From an uncultured Sphaerobacteraceae bacterium (GTDB lineage: Bacteria > Chloroflexota > Chloroflexia > Thermomicrobiales > UBA6265), in NCBI GenBank assembly GCA_964526965.1, contig CAZGML010000006.1:9814-73813 (forward strand): 64,000 nt of DNA, written 5' to 3'. The notes beneath the pieces were generated by a model. It saw only the letters and a program-made list of their open reading frames with translations. It had not been told where the DNA came from and did no database searches. The position numbers and the translations under genes are program-made. Within the stretch, counting starts at the first letter, position 1. Every line of letters starts with the position of its first letter. This document shows positions 1-9,841 of the stretch, piece by piece.

Positions 1-248
1 TGGCTATAGAGGCCAGCGGCGGCGAGGCCGTAGACGATTCCGCCGATAAGCCACCGCGCAAACACCGGGCCGTTCACGGTTGCTCCGTTGGCGATGTCTC
101 CGAGAATCACCAGCACAAGCGCCATCACAATGGCCGCGAGGCCGGCGAGACGCACCGGTAATCCGAGTTGCTTGGCGACCTCCACCAGTGGTGGTGTCAG
201 CACCAGTATGGAAACGCCGGTGATAATCTCAATCGAATCGGTCATCAT
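1..248 (-). CDS. holin-like small membrane protein (3' end cut by window edge)
   Basis: Not in ORF track because it runs off the window. My translation from ATG at 248: MMTDSIEIITGVSILVLTPPLVEVAKQLGLPVRLAGLAAIVMALVLVILGDIANGATVNGPVFARWLIGGIVYGLAAAGLYS.., with no stop. It has 2-3 hydrophobic helices, GGAGG just upstream, and an ATGA overlap with the stop of the amidase gene. Confidence 0.5.
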   Translation of the reverse strand, partial: MMTDSIEIITGVSILVLTPPLVEVAKQLGLPVRLAGLAAIVMALVLVILGDIANGATVNGPVFARWLIGGIVYGLAAAGLYS

Positions 249-1231
249 GCTGCCTCCTTCGTTGGTATGTCGAGAATCTGTTCGACGCTGCGGTCGGTGC
301 CTCCACTCCAGACTCGCCAGAGCAGGTCGGTTTTGGCGCCGCGGCCCATAATCCACCAGACCGGATTTCCATCCACGCGTTCACCCACAATCCAGCCACG
401 GGCGTAGAAGCTGTTGCCCTTGTAGAGCACACGCATAATCGGTTGATCCGTCTCCGCCCACTTGCGCACATTGAGCGCATCGACGTTGACGTTCACGAGC
501 ACCGGAGCGGCAAATTCCGTAATGGTTCCGAAGGGTGGAAGCGTCGGCTCCGCCTTCGATATCGGCACAATGGGTGCGATTCCAGCCACGCGCTCTATTC
601 CGTTGACCACGCCCTGTGCGGCGCGATCATAGAAGCCTGGCGACTGGATGATGTCTGCGTCACCGCGGATATTGCCGAGTTCCAGTACCAGGCGCACCAT
701 GCGGTGTCGTACCTGGGCGGTGTATCCGAACATCGCCAGGCGATACCCGTTGCCGCCAACGTAGGTCTGCTTTTCGCTCATGACGCCAGGTTTCACGACC
801 CCGGCCCGGCGAATCGGCAACCCGGTTGTTTCGCTCACCGCCTGGGCTATGGCTTCGGCGTAGCGAAGATCCAGCGTGTTGGTTTCCATGGAATCGGTGC
901 CGCTGTATGGGCTGTAGGAATGTAATCCATCGCCATCGGGCACAATCGCGAACACACCGCGGGTGTTGTTGGCATCGCCTTCGAAGTGGATATCCAGCAT
1001 GATGTCGTACGGATTACCGTTGTGCCGACGAACGATTTCCCGTCCCACGGCATCGAGCGACCCGGCGAACCAGTTGTTGGTGTTTTGCAGCATGTCTGCC
1101 GTGTGGCCGGCCGCGTTCAGCGCGCGTTGGATTGCCCGTGCTGCCAATGGTGTTATTGCGATTTCGGCGGGATTTCCGCCGCTTGTATTGCGATGTCCCT
1201 GAACGAGAAGAATACGAAGTTTGCGAGTCAT
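245..1231 (-). CDS. cell-wall hydrolase / endolysin (amidase-like N-terminal domain plus SH3b-like C-terminal domain)
   Basis: Internal ATG at 1231 (MTRKLRILLVQGHRNTSGG..) lies directly after the stop of the upstream gene. N-terminal half resembles N-acetylmuramoyl-L-alanine amidases. C-terminal VNVDALNVRKWAETDQPIMRVLYKGNSFYARGWIVGE..NPVWW looks like a bacterial SH3 wall-binding domain. Sits between a phage structural gene and the holin. Confidence 0.55.
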   Translation of the reverse strand: MTRKLRILLVQGHRNTSGGNPAEIAITPLAARAIQRALNAAGHTADMLQNTNNWFAGSLDAVGREIVRRHNGNPYDIMLDIHFEGDANNTRGVFAIVPDGDGLHSYSPYSGTDSMETNTLDLRYAEAIAQAVSETTGLPIRRAGVVKPGVMSEKQTYVGGNGYRLAMFGYTAQVRHRMVRLVLELGNIRGDADIIQSPGFYDRAAQGVVNGIERVAGIAPIVPISKAEPTLPPFGTITEFAAPVLVNVNVDALNVRKWAETDQPIMRVLYKGNSFYARGWIVGERVDGNPVWWIMGRGAKTDLLWRVWSGGTDRSVEQILDIPTKEAA

Positions 1232-1233
1232 AT

Positions 1234-3126
1234 CTATACCTCCACGAGGTTGAGGGTGATCATGCTGTCGCCCCAGTTGTTGGCGTCGGCCGGGAGTGCG
1301 ACGTGCTCCTGGATGCCGACGATGCGGACGGTGCGCTCGGTGGGGTCGGCGTCGTAGTCGATATCCCGGAAGGGGATGGGGGTATCGGTTTCCCAGGATT
1401 GCCATAGTTCATCTATGAGTTGGCGACCGGTGCGCTGGATGACCATGCCGTCGCGGTCGATTTCCTGATCGCGTGCGTGGATGCGGAGTTGCCACTTGCG
1501 ACGCCTGGCGGGTGAGCTCAATGCTTCGTGCTCGACCCAGAGCCCGGTGAGGATGGGTGCCCAATCGCTGACGCTGCCCCAGCGGACGCGAAGCTGGATG
1601 AATCGGGACGTGACGCCTTGCAGGACTTCTTCGATATCGAAGTTCATGGCTGCAAGGGAGTTGCCGTTGCTGCCAGCCCAGACCTGGCTGTAATCGCTGA
1701 ACACGGTGTGCCAGGTTTCGCCGGCGTTGGTGGAGTAGTCGAGTGCGACGAGGACGTTATCGCCGCTGGTGGTGTTGCCGTGGAGCTCGGGGCTGGAAAA
1801 GACGGCTCCGATCTTTCGCCATGCCTTGATCTTGTCGCGGTCGCCTGCATCGATGAGCGGTGTGACGAGCTCGGCGGTGGATGGATAGTTGTCGCCGTCG
1901 TTGAGTGGTTGGAGCCGGTAGGCGTGGTTGGTCTCCTCGCCGTGGCGGTGTACTTGCAGGTTCCATCCGGAGAGTGTGGTTCCGACGCTTAGTGGCCAAC
2001 ACCAGGTGGGTTCGGTCATGGGTTGGCGATCGAAGCACCACCAGCCGTTGCCGTCGTAGGCCCAGAGTTCGTTGTTGCCGCTGTGCGATTCGATGCTGAC
2101 GATAGCGTAGCCGGCGGCGATGCAGCCTCCGAAACATCGTTTGCCGGTCAGGCCGGTGGAGCGCCAGCCGGCGCGATCGCCGGACGGGACGAATTCGTGG
2201 ACGCCGCCGGAGATCCAGGCGATGGGTTTGCCTCCGTAGGATTCGAAGAAGCTGAAGTCTGATTGTTCGGTGTAGACGCCTTGCTGGAAGAAGGGTGTGA
2301 ATTCACCTGTCCAGGACTGGCCGGGCATTTGGGGTGGTGAAGCTGGGTCGTTGGGGTCGTAGCCGGGGTTGGGGCGCATGATATCGGCGACGCGGCCGGA
2401 AAAGGAGAAGAGCGCCTGTTTGGTGACGAGCATGATTTTCCCGTCGACGGGTGCCATATCGAACACGTCGTAGCTGACGTGCCTGCTGTCGACGCCGTCG
2501 CCGGTGACCATGCGGATGATGGTGGGGGTGGCGTTGGCGCGTGCATCTGTCCACATGGCGTAGCCTGCGTAGGCTTCGACGCGGTGGGCGCGCTCGCCCT
2601 GGAAGAGTTCGACTTCGGAGTCGAGCACGGTGTGCCGGAAGAGCAGGTCGGATGCGGAGCCGAAGGCAATGAGGATGCCGATGCTGCCGTAGATGGTGAG
2701 GTCTGTGATGGTGTGCGGGTAGGTTTTGATGAGTGTTGGACCGAGCGCGCCGTTGGCGACGCCTCCGCGGTAGAGGTCTCGGCCGATAGCGAAGTAGAGC
2801 GCATCGCGGACGGTGACGTGCGGGATGCGTGTGTTGCGGTCGGGCATGGTGTTCCCGGTGAGATCGAGGGACGACTCGACGCGAAGTCCCCACGGCGTGA
2901 CGCCTTGGCCGCCGAGGACTGGCCCGACGGCGCGGGAGTCGTAGAACTTGTCGCGTTCGAGCTGGTGTGATCGATGTTGGCCGCCGAAGAAGTCGGTTAT
3001 GGCGGTGCGATGCGTCAATCCCTCGGGGTAGCCGTCCTGGAGTTTGCGATAGCCGGGGTTGGTGGGTGTGCCTGGCTCGATCATGTAGCCGGCGTTGTTG
3101 AGGACGATATCGGTGGGTTGCGCCAT
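1234..3126 (-). CDS. large phage-associated structural protein, function unknown (630 aa)
   Basis: Long ORF with ATG at 3126 and GGAGG RBS, in the same operon-like string as portal, MuF fragment and endolysin. I recognise no motif. Confidence 0.6.
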   Translation of the reverse strand: MAQPTDIVLNNAGYMIEPGTPTNPGYRKLQDGYPEGLTHRTAITDFFGGQHRSHQLERDKFYDSRAVGPVLGGQGVTPWGLRVESSLDLTGNTMPDRNTRIPHVTVRDALYFAIGRDLYRGGVANGALGPTLIKTYPHTITDLTIYGSIGILIAFGSASDLLFRHTVLDSEVELFQGERAHRVEAYAGYAMWTDARANATPTIIRMVTGDGVDSRHVSYDVFDMAPVDGKIMLVTKQALFSFSGRVADIMRPNPGYDPNDPASPPQMPGQSWTGEFTPFFQQGVYTEQSDFSFFESYGGKPIAWISGGVHEFVPSGDRAGWRSTGLTGKRCFGGCIAAGYAIVSIESHSGNNELWAYDGNGWWCFDRQPMTEPTWCWPLSVGTTLSGWNLQVHRHGEETNHAYRLQPLNDGDNYPSTAELVTPLIDAGDRDKIKAWRKIGAVFSSPELHGNTTSGDNVLVALDYSTNAGETWHTVFSDYSQVWAGSNGNSLAAMNFDIEEVLQGVTSRFIQLRVRWGSVSDWAPILTGLWVEHEALSSPARRRKWQLRIHARDQEIDRDGMVIQRTGRQLIDELWQSWETDTPIPFRDIDYDADPTERTVRIVGIQEHVALPADANNWGDSMITLNLVEV

Positions 3127-3245
3127 GGAAAACCTCCGTTTTTGGTGAATGGCCGTAGAAGGCGTTTATTTGGCCTGTACGCGTTTGAACCCCCGTTCTG
3201 GGGTCAACACTCATTGAGCGGGGGTATCTGTTGGTGGTGGTGGTG

Positions 3246-3617
3246 TTACTGCGTGCGCTGCCAGCGATAGTCGATGCTGGTTGTCCAGACCTGTCGTTGT
3301 TGCCATTCCTCGATGAGGCGGACGTTGAACTCGGTGTGGTGGTAGACGCGCTCGCATCGGCAGTTGTCGTGGGCGGGTGGCTCGAAGCCTTCGCCCTGTT
3401 GCCAGACGTGGCCGTTGAGTTGGCCGCAGACGGGGCAGGTTCGTTCGTCGTCCTGTGTTTGCCAGACCTCGTAGCGGATGGGGTCGAAGCGTTCGGTGGT
3501 GACGCGGACCCATTCGATAGTCCATGAGCCGATGGTGTGGCCGATGAGGTTCCATCGTGGTTCTGGTTGGCGGACGGCGTCGCGGACGTGGGAGCCGATG
3601 ATCTGCCCGAGGTTCAT
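3246..3617 (-). CDS. phage head-morphogenesis (Mu F / SPP1 gp7-like) C-terminal zinc-ribbon domain protein
   Basis: ATG at 3617 with GGAGG RBS. CPVCGQLNG...PPAHDNCRCE matches the CxxC...HxNCRC signature at the C-terminus of the Phage_Mu_F family. Only 123 aa, so much shorter than full MuF proteins. Confidence 0.6.
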   Translation of the reverse strand: MNLGQIIGSHVRDAVRQPEPRWNLIGHTIGSWTIEWVRVTTERFDPIRYEVWQTQDDERTCPVCGQLNGHVWQQGEGFEPPAHDNCRCERVYHHTEFNVRLIEEWQQRQVWTTSIDYRWQRTQ

Positions 3618-3657
3618 GGGACAACCTCCATTCGAGACGCCGACAGGCACGACCCAC

Positions 3658-4317
3658 TCATTGGCCACTCCCATCGGCGAAGGATCCCGCTTTGAGCTTG
3701 TGAGTGCGACTCCAGAACATGCGGTCCGCATCCACCTGCGCGGTGCGGGCGGCCGCTGCCAGCGGATGCACACCGCTCTTGCCGGTGTATCGCTTGCCTT
3801 CGCTGATCGCACGGCGACTCAGGGCCACCGAAAGCGAGAGCGCCACCAGGATGTCTTCATCGTTCGGCTGGATATCCAGCGGCTCGAAATCATCTGTGGG
3901 TGGTTCGCGGTGCACCATGTGTTCGATGCGCCACACACCGCTGCGGGTAACCACACGCCCGAGCAGGATCGAGTTCGCCCAGGCGCGCCAGGTAGGAACA
4001 TCGCCGCTGGTGGAGGAGGTCGCTCCGCCAGGCACAGGCGGATGCGCGCCGGAACCTTCCCACCGCGGGATCAGTTGGCCCCGATCATCGAACACCCGCA
4101 CGATGCGCAGCACGTTCACATCGTCTGGCATTTCGATTTCCTGATCGCCGTTCAACACGGCAATCGCGCTTACTGCCTGTCGTGGCATGGACGTGCTGTA
4201 ACGTCGCACCGCTTCCGCGATGGCATCGTTGAGGAACTCGTCATCCCACAACGGGTCGGGTCCGTGGTCCTGAAGGCGATTGCGGAGCATATCGCGCAGT
4301 TGGGAGCGATTGGTCAT
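3658..4317 (-). CDS. hypothetical phage protein
   Basis: ORF 3658..4344. Preferred ATG is at 4317 (MTNRSQLRDML..) with an AAAGGA RBS. Lies between portal and MuF-like genes. Confidence 0.5.
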   Translation of the reverse strand: MTNRSQLRDMLRNRLQDHGPDPLWDDEFLNDAIAEAVRRYSTSMPRQAVSAIAVLNGDQEIEMPDDVNVLRIVRVFDDRGQLIPRWEGSGAHPPVPGGATSSTSGDVPTWRAWANSILLGRVVTRSGVWRIEHMVHREPPTDDFEPLDIQPNDEDILVALSLSVALSRRAISEGKRYTGKSGVHPLAAAARTAQVDADRMFWSRTHKLKAGSFADGSGQ

Positions 4318-4364
4318 GAGTGAGGTCCTTTCTCTGGTTGGCATCCTGAGTGACAGCCTGGCGA

Positions 4365-5837
4365 TTATTGAGGTGACGATTTTTCTGCCTGCATTTGCTG
4401 CAATTCGGCATCGGGGTCATGCTCGCCAAGCATGCTCATGGCGCTGCGGCGGCTCATTAATCCGTGTTCCACGCGGGCAACGGCGTTCCGCACGGAGGTA
4501 TTGACATCGCTGGGGAGAATCGGCGGCCAAATTGCGGTCGGCGTGCCAAAGCCAGATGTATCCAGGCCCTGGTGATGCGCCATCATCCGCAGCATCAACG
4601 TGGCGCGCTGGCTCAGCGCGGTATCCCATTGCCGCCGTTTGCGCTGGACCTTTTGCACCAGCGGCTGGATTTCAACCTCCAGCGCCGCACCGCTGAGATC
4701 GCGACCGCTATCGCCAAATGCCGTACGCGGCGTCTCGCTGAGGTCGTGAAGCATGCGGAAGAGCAGGTCCATGTACTTCATATGAATCTCGGCACCGCCG
4801 CCCTGCATCAGGTCGAGCAGGTAGGCGCGGGCACCTTCGGGGAGCTCCCATTTGGCGCCGGGCCCAATACGAATGCCTTCCGTACCATCCACGCCTTCCA
4901 ACACCGTGATCGGCGCGCCGGAGAGATCGAGGATCTGGCTAAACACATTCATGCGGCGATTGATCTCGGTGCAAACCGACATCAGGTCTTCGAGGTCAGA
5001 TTGCCCCCAGAACCGATCAGGGAGTGGATCGTTGGCGATGATGACGTACGGGATCATTCCATACGGATTTGTGAAGTTCGCCAACGTTTGCCCGTTCACC
5101 AGCACGCGGAAGCGGGAATCGGTCCAGACCTCCAGTGTGTTGACGGGCGCATCCAAATCCGTGGAGGCATCAAATTTTGCACCGAACTGATCCTGTAGCT
5201 GGCGTGGGGTTGCGCGATAGAGGTGCCGCACCTGCTCCACCTGCCGGGGATGATCGGCAGAGGTGCGTACGGTGATGCTGGCAGGATCCACAGCAACTAC
5301 GCTCGGCGTGGAGCGCCTGGTGTTCCAGGTGACTTTCATGGCAGCGTCACCCTGGATCATCGCCTGCAATGCCAGCGAGATATCCAGCCGGGTGAGGCCG
5401 AGTGCATCTCGCCAGCCGGCAAGCAGGTGCTCTGCCTCGTTCGCGCGTTCGAGCGCAGGCGCATCCGCCGGGATAGTGATTCCCACCGGCGCGTTGAAGA
5501 TGTAACTCACCGTTTTGCGGAGGAGCGTGCGAGCATAGTTAAACGTAAGCGCTTCCGGTTTCGAGCCGCGCTGTTGCCAACCTTCGGCGTAGGCGTTGAA
5601 CTCGTTGTAGCGCTGTAGCCGGGCATCATCGGCGGGAGACCGGGTGCCGGCGGGCCATCCGCTACCGATAGCCGCATGGCCAATAGCAGTGATGTTCACG
5701 TGCGCAAACCATCCTTTCCTGGCGGCAAAGGGTCGCTGATAGGCCCCCTTGCCACTGCGTACAGAGACGAAACAGAATGGAGCAGCTGCTTCCCGCAAGG
5801 AACGTGTATCGACCCGATTCCGACCGGTGCGCCGCAC
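4365..5837 (-). CDS. phage portal protein (SPP1 gp6-like)
   Basis: 490-aa ORF whose size and sequence pattern (..DLEDLMSVCTEINRRMNVFSQILDLSGAP.., ..LSGAALEVEIQPLVQKVQRKRRQW..) resemble portal proteins. Start is uncertain: GTG at 5837, or in-frame GTG at 5699. Confidence 0.6.
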   Translation of the reverse strand: MRRTGRNRVDTRSLREAAAPFCFVSVRSGKGAYQRPFAARKGWFAHVNITAIGHAAIGSGWPAGTRSPADDARLQRYNEFNAYAEGWQQRGSKPEALTFNYARTLLRKTVSYIFNAPVGITIPADAPALERANEAEHLLAGWRDALGLTRLDISLALQAMIQGDAAMKVTWNTRRSTPSVVAVDPASITVRTSADHPRQVEQVRHLYRATPRQLQDQFGAKFDASTDLDAPVNTLEVWTDSRFRVLVNGQTLANFTNPYGMIPYVIIANDPLPDRFWGQSDLEDLMSVCTEINRRMNVFSQILDLSGAPITVLEGVDGTEGIRIGPGAKWELPEGARAYLLDLMQGGGAEIHMKYMDLLFRMLHDLSETPRTAFGDSGRDLSGAALEVEIQPLVQKVQRKRRQWDTALSQRATLMLRMMAHHQGLDTSGFGTPTAIWPPILPSDVNTSVRNAVARVEHGLMSRRSAMSMLGEHDPDAELQQMQAEKSSPQ

Positions 5838-5894
5838 TGCATCCGTGATGACCGCTCTGGCGGATTGATGATTACATCAGGTGCACGCCAAGAT

Positions 5895-5910
5895 TAGAAC
5901 ACATGTTCTA
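5895..5910. promoter_or_regulatory. candidate LexA (Cheo-type) SOS box TAGAACA-CA-TGTTCTA
   Basis: Perfect 7+7 palindrome with the GAAC-N4-GTTC core. On the minus strand it overlaps a possible TAGAAA-17-TCTAAT promoter pointing into the portal operon. The same 14-mer TAGAACACATGTTC recurs at 15334. Confidence 0.5.
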
Positions 5911-6278
5911 TTCTGTTTCTACTAACTATACGCATCGGGGAGGATGTTCGCGCTATTCCCCGGCATGCAAGATGCGTATGAAGGGGCAGGAAATCGGCGA
6001 CGAGCGAACCTGCCATGCAGATGTGTACTGCATACAAAAGCCGACCCAGATGCTCGAAATGTGGGGGAACCCCCGAGACGACGCGCATTTTCGGCTATTG
6101 CAGTGCCGCTGGGCACTTGCAAAGGCACTTGATCATTTTCGTGAATCATTTCACCATACAGGTGTCGTTCGTTCCGCCAAAGCATCGTACGATGGCGGGG
6201 CGAAACACGGCCCGCGCAAAAATCCCACGGCCGCAACCCCAGGAAAAGCGACCTGGACCAGAAAGGACACGGTACGCG

Positions 6279-7826
6279 ATGAACTCCGAGATTTCCGCTC
6301 CTGAAGTCTTAAGCAATCTCAATAACGATGAGCTTGTGGAAATGGCTGTCAAACGAGGCGAGGGCGAGGTGGCTTCCACCGGCGCACTGGCAGTTCGTAC
6401 CGGTACGTTTACAGGCCGATCACCCAGGGACAAGTTTGTGGTGCGGGAGCCCGAAAGTCGGGATGCTATCTGGTGGGGAGACGTTAACCAACCAGTGGAG
6501 CCGGAGAAATTCGAGGCGTTTAAGGCCGATGTCATTAAGTATCTCGACGGCAAGGATATGGTCTTCGCTCAGGATCTCAGCATCGGCGCCGACGAGGAAT
6601 ATGCTTATCCGGTGAACCTCACCACGGAGAGCGCCTACGCTGCGCTTTTCTGCCGACATCTCTTCATCACCGGAGAACGAAACCTCACCAGCAAGCCGAT
6701 CACCATTCTGCACGCGCCCGGTTTCGAGGCCGATCCGGAGCGCCATGGCTGCGCCAGCAGTACAGCCGTAATGATGCATCCCACCAGCCAGGAGATCGTC
6801 ATTGCCGGCACGCTCTATTCTGGAGAATTGAAGAAGGGCGTCTTCACGATGATGCAGTACCTGCTGCCGAATCGCGATGTTGCCACCATGCACTGCTCTG
6901 CCAACTACACAGATACCGAAAAGGAGGTCACCCTTTTCTTTGGCCTCTCTGGTACTGGCAAAACCACATTGAGTAACGACCCGGCTGCCACGCTGATCGG
7001 CGATGATGAGCATGGCTGGAGCGAGAACGGCGTCTTCAATTTCGAAGGCGGCTGCTACGCAAAAACCATCAACCTTTCGAAGGAAGACGAGCCCACCATC
7101 TGGCACGCCACCAATATGAAGAACACCGTGTTGGAGAATGTCCCCCTTGATCCGGAAACGAAAGAACCGGATTTCAGCGACATGAGTCTCACGGAGAATA
7201 CGCGCTCGGCGTTTAGCGTCGACCAGGTACCGAATGTCGACAACGATGGTACCGGCGGCCACGCGAAGCGTATTGTGTTGCTCACGGCCGATGCCACGGG
7301 CGTACTCCCGCCGGTGAGCAGGCTGGACCGAGGCCAGGCGCTCAGCCTTTACCTGCTCGGGTTCACGAGCAAGGTGGCCGGTACAGAACGCGGCATCACC
7401 GAACCGGAGCTGACCTTTAGCCCATGCTTTGGGTCACCGTTCCTGCCGCTGCCGCCGGAGCGCTACGCTGAACTGCTGGGCAAGCGCATCGATGAACATC
7501 AGCCGCGCCTGTGGCTGGTAAACACCGGCTGGGGCGGTGGCGATTACCTCACCGGCAAGCGCATCAGTATTGAAGATACCCGGGCCATTATCACAGCGAT
7601 CAATAACGATAGCCTGGCTGAATCGGAGACGGAGAAGCATCCGATTTTCAACCTCGATATGCCGATCGAGGCCAGTGGTGTCAAACCGGGGGTACTGAAT
7701 CCTCGCGAGGGCTGGGCGGATAAAGACGCCTATGATGTTGCGGCCAAAAAGCTGATGGATGCCTTCCGCAACCGCGCGAAGGAGATGGATATCAACCCCG
7801 AATGGACCCGCTGGCTGCAAGGGTAG
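6279..7826 (+). CDS. pckA: phosphoenolpyruvate carboxykinase (ATP)
   Basis: ATG at 6279 after GAAAGGA. RSPRDKF, kinase-1a GLSGTGKTTLS and IGDDEHGW motifs. 515 aa, typical of ATP-dependent PEPCK. Confidence 0.92.
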   Translation: MNSEISAPEVLSNLNNDELVEMAVKRGEGEVASTGALAVRTGTFTGRSPRDKFVVREPESRDAIWWGDVNQPVEPEKFEAFKADVIKYLDGKDMVFAQDLSIGADEEYAYPVNLTTESAYAALFCRHLFITGERNLTSKPITILHAPGFEADPERHGCASSTAVMMHPTSQEIVIAGTLYSGELKKGVFTMMQYLLPNRDVATMHCSANYTDTEKEVTLFFGLSGTGKTTLSNDPAATLIGDDEHGWSENGVFNFEGGCYAKTINLSKEDEPTIWHATNMKNTVLENVPLDPETKEPDFSDMSLTENTRSAFSVDQVPNVDNDGTGGHAKRIVLLTADATGVLPPVSRLDRGQALSLYLLGFTSKVAGTERGITEPELTFSPCFGSPFLPLPPERYAELLGKRIDEHQPRLWLVNTGWGGGDYLTGKRISIEDTRAIITAINNDSLAESETEKHPIFNLDMPIEASGVKPGVLNPREGWADKDAYDVAAKKLMDAFRNRAKEMDINPEWTRWLQG

Positions 7827-7849
7827 CCACCGGCCTGGGAAACAAAGTT

Positions 7850-7904
7850 ATAGCGGCTTCGTCCGTGGTGCCGTGCCAAACGCCTTCCCGGACGAAGCCG
7901 CTAT
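7850..7904. terminator. long hairpin between convergent pckA and the DUF2277 gene
   Basis: ATAGCGGCTTCGTCCG ... CGGACGAAGCCGCTAT forms a 16-bp stem. The minus-strand reading is followed by AACTTTGTTT. Confidence 0.5.
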
Positions 7905-7960
7905 TGTGCAGATTCGCCTCCTGAGCGCTTTGCACCGTGCCTTTACCAAAGCAGGGCAGG

Positions 7961-8227
7961 TTAGCCAAACCGCTGCAGATTACGCTCCCGTGCCTTTGCG
8001 ATTTCTGTTTCGCGGTTCCGCGGAGGCGCCTTCGTCACCAGCTGATCCAGCAATCTGGCCGTCGCCTCAGCCACCTCATCCACGGCGCGGTCAAACGCCT
8101 CCTGGTTTGCCTGGCTCGGTTTCGTGCTACCGCTCACCTTGCGCACATACTGCAGGGCAGCAGCGCGTACGTCATCTTCCGTAGAGGGCGGATCATAGTT
8201 GAATAGCGGACGGATGTTACGGCACAT
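7961..8227 (-). CDS. DUF2277-family small protein
   Basis: MCRNIRPLFNYDPPSTEDDVRAAALQYVRKVSG.. matches my memory of the conserved N-terminus of DUF2277 proteins. The ATG at 8227 shares 1 nt with the TGA of the upstream MFS gene. Confidence 0.6.
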   Translation of the reverse strand: MCRNIRPLFNYDPPSTEDDVRAAALQYVRKVSGSTKPSQANQEAFDRAVDEVAEATARLLDQLVTKAPPRNRETEIAKARERNLQRFG

Positions 8228-9654
8228 CAGGAGCTTCCTTTGGTTTGCATCGTTTCGGCGGCATCTTCGTCCGGAACACGTCGCGCAAAAAGGCCACCGA
8301 TGAACGTTAATATGGCAGCAACCACAAACGCAGTTTGCCATGCAAAGAGGTTGGTTTCATTACCGCCATCCGAACCGGTGGTGTAAATGCCGATAACCGA
8401 GAGCACGGTACTCATAATCGCCACGCCGATAGCACCGGCCATTTGCCGCTGCACGCTGTAGAGCATGCTGGCTCCGCTCAGCTTGGACGATGGAATGGTC
8501 GCCATACTTGCCGCCTGGTTTGGCAGGAAGATGCCAGCCATAGCCACACCAATCACGAACATACCAATCGCCACGAGCCACAGCGGTGTCTCCAGGTTGA
8601 TCCGGCTTAGTCCGAAGATCGCGATAGAAACAAGCAGAAGGCTGCCGGTCATGAGACGGCTCGGGCCGATTTTTGGATAAATGCGCGCCACGATCTGTGT
8701 GCTGAGTACCACCCCAATCGCTTCTGGCATGGTGACGAGCCCGGCCGCGAGAGGCGACTCGCCCCGCACGTCCTGCAGGAAGAGCGGTACCAGGAAGAGC
8801 GTGCCGAGAAACCCTGCCGTGGCGAAGAATCCAACGCGTATGATGGCGAGAAAGAGTCGATTCATGAGCAACCGGAGGTCGACCATCGGCGCCGGTGTGC
8901 GCAGCTCATGCCACACAAATACGATCAACGATGTGATGCCGATGGCGGCTGGAGTGAGGATGCCCGGGCTTGTCCAGCCGAGGTCTGGTCCTTCCAGTGC
9001 CGCATACATTGTGCTGCCCAGCCCGACACCGCCCAGCATGAATCCGAGCCAGTCGAGCTTGCCGGCTTCGTTATCGGTTGGTTCGTCGTTTAGGAAAAAG
9101 AGGCCGTAAACCAGCGCGACAGTAGCCACAGGCACTTTCACGAAGAAGGTCCACGGCCAGGAGGAAATTTCCAGCACCACGCCCCCAATTACCGGGCCAA
9201 GTGCGGGCCCGAGAATCGTCGCGAACATGAGCACTCGTCCAACCGAAATGCGCTCACTCGGCGGGAATGTGCGGAAGAGCAACGCCATGCCAACCGGAAC
9301 GATAAGTCCACCACCCAGGCCCTGCAGTATTCGTGCGAGCACGAGTTGGTCGAGCGTTTGTGAAAAGCCGGCAAGCAGATTGGTACTGGCGTAGATACCG
9401 AGCGCTGTCAGCAGCACTTTCTTCGGCCCAAACCTGTCGGAAAGCCAACCGCTGGCCGGCATGATCACCGCCAGGCTGACGAGATAGGCCACCGAGACCG
9501 CTTCGATTTCGCTCGCTTCCACACCAAACTCTCGGCCCAACGTGGCAAGGGTGACGTTAACGATCGTTGAATCGAGCGCGTTGAGGATCATGCCGGCGAC
9601 ATAGACAGTCGCCACCACCCATTTTTGGTTTTGCGTGAGGTTACGTAAGAACAC
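8227..9654 (-). CDS. MFS transporter, DHA2 (EmrB/QacA-like, 14-TMS) family
   Basis: 475 aa and many TM helices. LDSTIVNVTL and GWLSDRFGPKKVLL motifs typical of DHA2 drug:H+ antiporters. GTG start with GGAG RBS. Confidence 0.8.
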   Translation of the reverse strand: MFLRNLTQNQKWVVATVYVAGMILNALDSTIVNVTLATLGREFGVEASEIEAVSVAYLVSLAVIMPASGWLSDRFGPKKVLLTALGIYASTNLLAGFSQTLDQLVLARILQGLGGGLIVPVGMALLFRTFPPSERISVGRVLMFATILGPALGPVIGGVVLEISSWPWTFFVKVPVATVALVYGLFFLNDEPTDNEAGKLDWLGFMLGGVGLGSTMYAALEGPDLGWTSPGILTPAAIGITSLIVFVWHELRTPAPMVDLRLLMNRLFLAIIRVGFFATAGFLGTLFLVPLFLQDVRGESPLAAGLVTMPEAIGVVLSTQIVARIYPKIGPSRLMTGSLLLVSIAIFGLSRINLETPLWLVAIGMFVIGVAMAGIFLPNQAASMATIPSSKLSGASMLYSVQRQMAGAIGVAIMSTVLSVIGIYTTGSDGGNETNLFAWQTAFVVAAILTFIGGLFARRVPDEDAAETMQTKGSS

Positions 9655-9841
9655 AGAATCTCCGATTGAACAGTGAAATTGGCGGCAAGACCGCCGTTGC
9701 TATGGTCGCACAGAAAGTGGAACGGCGAAAACGTACACCCGGTAATCGAAGATGCTTGGAAAGCCATGCATCAAGTAACTGCACAGCTGTAACCACACCA
9801 CGCTTGAACAGCTCACCTAAACGTATCAACGTGATGACTTG

